The position numbers were made by a program, and so were the translations under genes. From Utricularia gibba (lineage: Eukaryota > Plantae > Magnoliophyta), in contig NEEC01000008.1 of the NCBI GenBank assembly GCA_002189035.1, forward strand, positions 2,046,001 to 2,110,000: a DNA stretch of 64,000 bases. The letters are read 5' to 3'. The number at the start of each line of letters is the position of its first letter. The first letter of the stretch is position 1. The notes beneath the pieces were generated by a model, which did no database searches, was not told the DNA's origin, and saw only the letters and a program-made list of their open reading frames with translations. Of the stretch, positions 59,435-64,000 are shown one piece after another.

Positions 59435-59790
59435 ATGTCAGCCACGCCTGCACCTCCATTCCCCTGCATCAAGCTCACAACGCCCCCATCGCGTCTCTCT
59501 TCCAGATTCACCATTGGGAGTTCTCAGGCCGACAGCCCTCTCAGAAGACCCGCGGCTGTAAACCCCGAGCCACCTTCTCCGCTTCCGACAGAGAATGTGG
59601 TGAGACTCGAGTTTCAGAGGGCGAAGGCGAAGGAGCTCCAGGAGTACTTGAAACCTAAGAATCCGGAGGAGGCTGATTAAGGACGCGTTCTCTGATTCAT
59701 CCCCATAATGGCAGGTAAAACGATTCGATGCTCATCAATCAGATGGGCGGCGATGTTCGGATTCGCTGTCGGGATTGTTGATGCAACCTG
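59435..59790 (+). pseudogene. OHP2: One-helix protein 2 (OHP2) pseudogene
   Basis: SPLRRP...EFQRAKAKELQEYLK.K.EEAD matches OHP2. TAA at 59678 (expected Q) and TGA at 59693, deletion in KNEIS, a 28-nt intron remnant (59715-59742), then RWA(A)MFGFAVG and no C-terminus. Confidence 0.88.
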
Positions 59791-60169
59791 AGAAGGAAAT
59801 TACAAGCAAACTGCTCCAATCAAACAAATCAGAAGAATCAACTGCAAACCACATTGATGAAGAAGAAAATCCAAGAGGAAATCTACAGATATGCAACGGC
59901 TAGAAACGGAATTAATGCAAAGGCCATCCATACATGTCTCTAACGGTCCAAAAAAAAAAAAAAAGCATATGAATTTCCCTATAAGTAACGAGCTCTTCGC
60001 TGTAACTTGCTGTAACTCAATTCTTCAAAATTGAAGAAAAGAAAAACTCACATTCATACCTGTTTACACTCTCTTCATACATATTGTATTTTTACATCAA
60101 AGTTGCATCTACCCAGCAAGCAACGTGAATACACAGTCAAGAAATTGAAGAATTGTTCTATGTTCTTTA

Positions 60170-60187
60170 TGGTGAACCCGACGTGAA
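60170..60187 (+). other. Primer-binding site complementary to the 3' end of tRNA-Trp
   Basis: TGGTGAACCCGACGTGAA is the reverse complement of the recalled plant cytosolic tRNA-Trp 3' end (...UUCACGUCGGGUUCACCA). Confidence 0.8.
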
Positions 60188-60276
60188 GCCATTTCTATAC
60201 ACGCTCTGCTTCTAGTTCCCTGCTGTTTCAAGTGCTATATCTTGTATATCGTTTTCTTGTTTTCTTTCTCGATAAC

Positions 60277-63200
60277 ATGGCAACCCAGACTTCTGCTCCA
60301 CCAGTCTTCAATGGCAAAGATCCAAGTGAGTTTCGAGCGTGGTCTAGAAAAATGACAGACTACTTTGATGAGCTTGATCTAGCAGATTACTTCACCACAG
60401 AGTCTCCTCTAGAAACAAGCGAAGAGGCTTGGACAAGCTACAAAAAAATTGAAAAAAGGGTACGTGGTATTCTAAATCAGGCTGTCACCCACGAAGCATA
60501 TGAACATATCTTGGAATGCAAGACTCCTAAGGAGGCATGGAAAGTACTAGAAGATGCTTATATAGGGACCGCTGAAAGCAAAGCTGTTCAAGTTGCAGAC
60601 ATATGGCGCACACTAAACCATCAAAAGGTAAGTTCACCTGACTCTCTTAATCAATTCACTGACCTTATTACTGCAGGTGTGCGTAAAATGCGATTATTAG
60701 GGTCCAAGCCTGACGAAGATAGACTCAAGGATATCATTATCCATGCGCTGCCCCCTTGTTATGAATCAGCAGTGAACTCCCTTCAGATCCACGGCCTAGA
60801 AAAACTGTCTCATGCTGAAGTCCTTCAAAAATTGAGGCGAGTAGAGATTAAAACACACATGCAACCATATGAAGAAAAGGCATTCTTAGCAAAATCTGTA
60901 TACAAGGCACCAAGCCAAAGAGTAACAAACTCCCAAATGGAAAAACCGAGTGCGGTTTTGGGCAAACCAGGAACATATGTACCTGGGTCACATCCTCCAT
61001 GTCTTCACTGCAAGCAACAGAATCACATCTCAAACGACTGCTATTGGCATCCAGAAAAATTATGCCGCTTCTGTCAAGAAAAGGGCCATCTTGAAAGAGT
61101 CTGCCCAATAAAAAGAGAAATCATGCAACAAATGCTCCAACAGAGACAGATGGGATCTAAAGGAGGCATCAATGTGAAACTCTCTTCTGACTTCTCTACA
61201 ACAGCCAAAAATGATGTATCTCAACACACAATAAATGAGAAAGACACCGTTGATATCTACTCTTTATGCCGAACCACATTATTCTCTGCATTAACGGACG
61301 TACAGAACTGGGTATGGCTTTTGGACAGTGGGAGTACAAACCACATTGCCAATAACAAACAACTCTTCATCAGTTACGAAAAAACTCTTACAGAAATAGA
61401 AATCGCTAATGGAACTCACATTATGGCCATTGGAAGAGGCAACATTAAACTGGAAACTGCAACTCATTATATTCTTCTCAAGGATGTTCTGCATGTACCG
61501 GCTGCCTCCCACAACTTACTGAGCCTTGGCCAGCTAGTTAAAAGAGGTTGTGATATTAACTTCTGTGATAATACGTGTCATATCAGTAGCTCTGCAGGAA
61601 AGAAAATTCTGAGTATCTCTATGATGAATAAGATCTTCCCTATTAACTTTCTCAAGGAAACAGGAAATATTGTCACTATGGCCTTATCCGCCCAAGCAAA
61701 GGAAAACATGATCTTGTGGCATCGAAGATTTGGACACCACAATCAGATGTCTCTGTACAAAACACAACAAAGGGAACTACTTACTGGGATTCCAACACTA
61801 GAACAAGATGGAGATTGCTGCAAAATCTGTCAGCTTGGAAAGATGTCTCGACCATCATTTTCACAGAGCATATGGACAGCACAACAGCCACTAGAAGTGA
61901 TCTGTTCAGACGTTTGTGGGCCTATTACACCATCTACTCAAGCTGGGAACCGATACTTTGTATTATTTATAGATGAATTCTCGAAGTATGCCTGGGTTTA
62001 TTTCCTAAAATCACGAACAGAAGTCAGCAAATGCTTCATGGATTTCAAAGCATTGGTTGAGAATCAAAGTGGGAAAAGGATTAAGGCATTGAGATCTGAT
62101 AATGGTGGTGAATACATACCGCATGAACTCCAAAAATACTGCCAAGAGCATGGAATTGAACAGCAATTTACTGCTCCTTATACCCCTCAGCAAAACGGTA
62201 TCTGCGAAAGACGCAACAGAACAATCATGGACATGTCACGCTGCCTATTATTGGAAGGAAACCTACCAAAATTCTTCTGGGGAGAAGCTGTCCATACAGC
62301 CGTTTACTTGCTCAACAGATTGCCTACACGAGGAACAAAAGAGTACAAAACGCCATATGAACTATGGAAGAACCGAGTTCCATCGGTTGATCACTTAAGG
62401 GTATTCGGTTGTATATGTTTTACACAGACTCCACACCAACTCCGCACAAAGTTAGACAACAAAAGCAAGATGGGAATATTTGTTGGATATGCAACACAGT
62501 CCAAAGCCTATAGAGTCTGGCTACCGGAATATAAGAAGATCATCATTAGTAGAGATATAGTCTTTAATGAAAGAAAAGCATGGAAGTGGAATCAAGAAAG
62601 TTGGAACACCGAAACCTCAAACGTAACAGACTTGAGTTTCCTATTTCCATTACTACCAGCTGTCCCAACTGATATGATTACAACAAATGAGGATATGTCA
62701 GTCAGAGAGGAAATAACAGAGCCATCACAAACATGCTCAGAAGAAATAGACATTGACTCACAAACCGATGCCTTTAGCCCCTCTCTTGAAGCTAATCAAA
62801 ACTTACTACCAGAGGATAACCGTGAGCTCAATGACCTATCTGATTCAATACAAGCAGAGACTGACAACTCCCTGCTTCCTGAAAGTTTGCTTCAGAATCC
62901 TACAGAAATAGAAATAGATCATCTATCCACCAACGCAACAAAACAAAGGTTGGAACAAAATCAGGAAAGGTGGATAGAAAATAGAGAACCTACTGAAAGA
63001 ATCCACGCAATACCTGATGAAAGTATGCACAAAGATCAATTTGTAGAAAAGGAAAGCATCTCTGAAAGACCTCTAGGAGAACAAGGATCACTGGAAACTC
63101 AAGAAATCACGCCCACAGACGCAAACCAGCCTAAAATAACTGAAAGCTTGGAGTCTATTATTATTAAAACTCGAAGTGGGAGAACCTCAAAATCACCCCT

Positions 63201-64000
63201 ATGGATGAAAGATTATGCCGAAATGTCAATTTGCAGTGCACCTGAAAGTATAGAGGCACCGCTTGAGCCAACTTCAATTGAAACGGCACTACAAGATCCA
63301 CAATGGAGAAAAGCAATGGAATTAGAACTCCAAACTATTGAGAAGTATAAGACATGGACCCTGGTAGAGAGAAAAGAAAACATGAGAGTAATTGGTACTA
63401 CGCACCAAGCTCAATCCAGATGGCAGCATCAACAAACTCAAGGCAAGATTGGTAGCTAAGGGCTTTAAACAGAGAGCTGGAATTGATTACCAAGACACAT
63501 TTGCGCCAGTAGCACGACTTGATACAATCAAGCTATTGTTGGCTTTAGCAGCATGCAAAAGATGGGATGTCTATCACCTTGATATCAAGTCTGCATTTCT
63601 AAATGGTCCACTAAATGAAGAAGTTTATATAGAACAACCATCAGGATTTGTGATTAAAGGGCAAGAAAACAAGGTCTATCTACTTCACAAAGCTTTATAC
63701 GGATTAAAACAAGCACCAAGAGCATGGTATTCTAAGATTGACCTCTACTTCACTCAGCATGGTTATGTGCGAAGTGAAAACGACAACACCCTATATATCC
63801 TGAATGTTCAAGCAGGACAAGTAATTATTTCCTTATACGTGGATGATATCCTCATGACAGGAAATAATCCAACTCTAGTGGGAAGCGAAAAACAAGCTCT
63901 AAAAAAACACTTTGAGCTAACAGATTTGGGACTAATGACCTATTTTCTAGGTCTTGAAATCATCCAGAGCTCTACATCTATTATTCTATCACAAAGGAAA
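60277..64000 (+). CDS. Copia gag-pol polyprotein, with one frameshift at about 63394-63400
   Basis: Two CCHC knuckles (CLHCKQQNHISNDC, CRFCQEKGHLERVC), protease WLLDSGSTNHI, HHCC LWHRRFGH...CKIC, integrase SDVCGP/SDNGGEY/ERRNRT. RT KARLVAKG, LYGLKQAPRAW and YVDDIL lie in the shifted frame. Confidence 0.93.

Larger units (their letters stand above)
59776..64000 (+). mobile_element. Ty1/Copia LTR retrotransposon, 5' LTR through RT (truncated by the window edge)
   Basis: Putative LTR from about 59776 (TGTTG; boundary uncertain) with TATAAG at 59980, PBS at 60170, then gag-protease-integrase-RT in Copia order. Confidence 0.93.

Overview
Gene-dense plant nuclear DNA with short GT-AG introns (mostly about 70-150 nt), from a compact-genome eudicot (lineage not determinable from the window). 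It holds about 21 protein-coding genes, a MIR171 locus, two decayed genes (OHP2 and a probable PLS-type PPR remnant) and the 5' part of a Ty1/Copia retrotransposon that runs off the right edge. The genes in order are: 2xRRM hnRNP, ATL RING-H2, NT-C2 coiled-coil giant, MUB, HMGB, Canopy/CNPY, GLR3, neutral invertase, beta-tubulin, PSI2, plastid DnaJ, HSP90.7, an unknown protein, ROP, a second unknown protein, BOI-like RING, SBT5 subtilase, LARP1, CDSP32 and OPCL1. Main observations: (1) nine single-base (-1) frameshifts in otherwise intact genes, eight in short G/C runs and six of those next to a CpG, most likely long-read consensus errors rather than biology; (2) a GLR3 channel with three new basic residues in the pore region and almost no cytosolic tail; (3) a 185-codon spliced ORF running through the miR171 hairpin; (4) an OHP2 pseudogene abutting, and possibly interrupted by, a Copia element with a tRNA-Trp primer site; (5) a 5x189-bp A-B-A-B-A coding repeat; (6) perfect ERSE elements upstream of both CNPY and GRP94. 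Homolog comparisons are from recalled family consensus, not from database searches.
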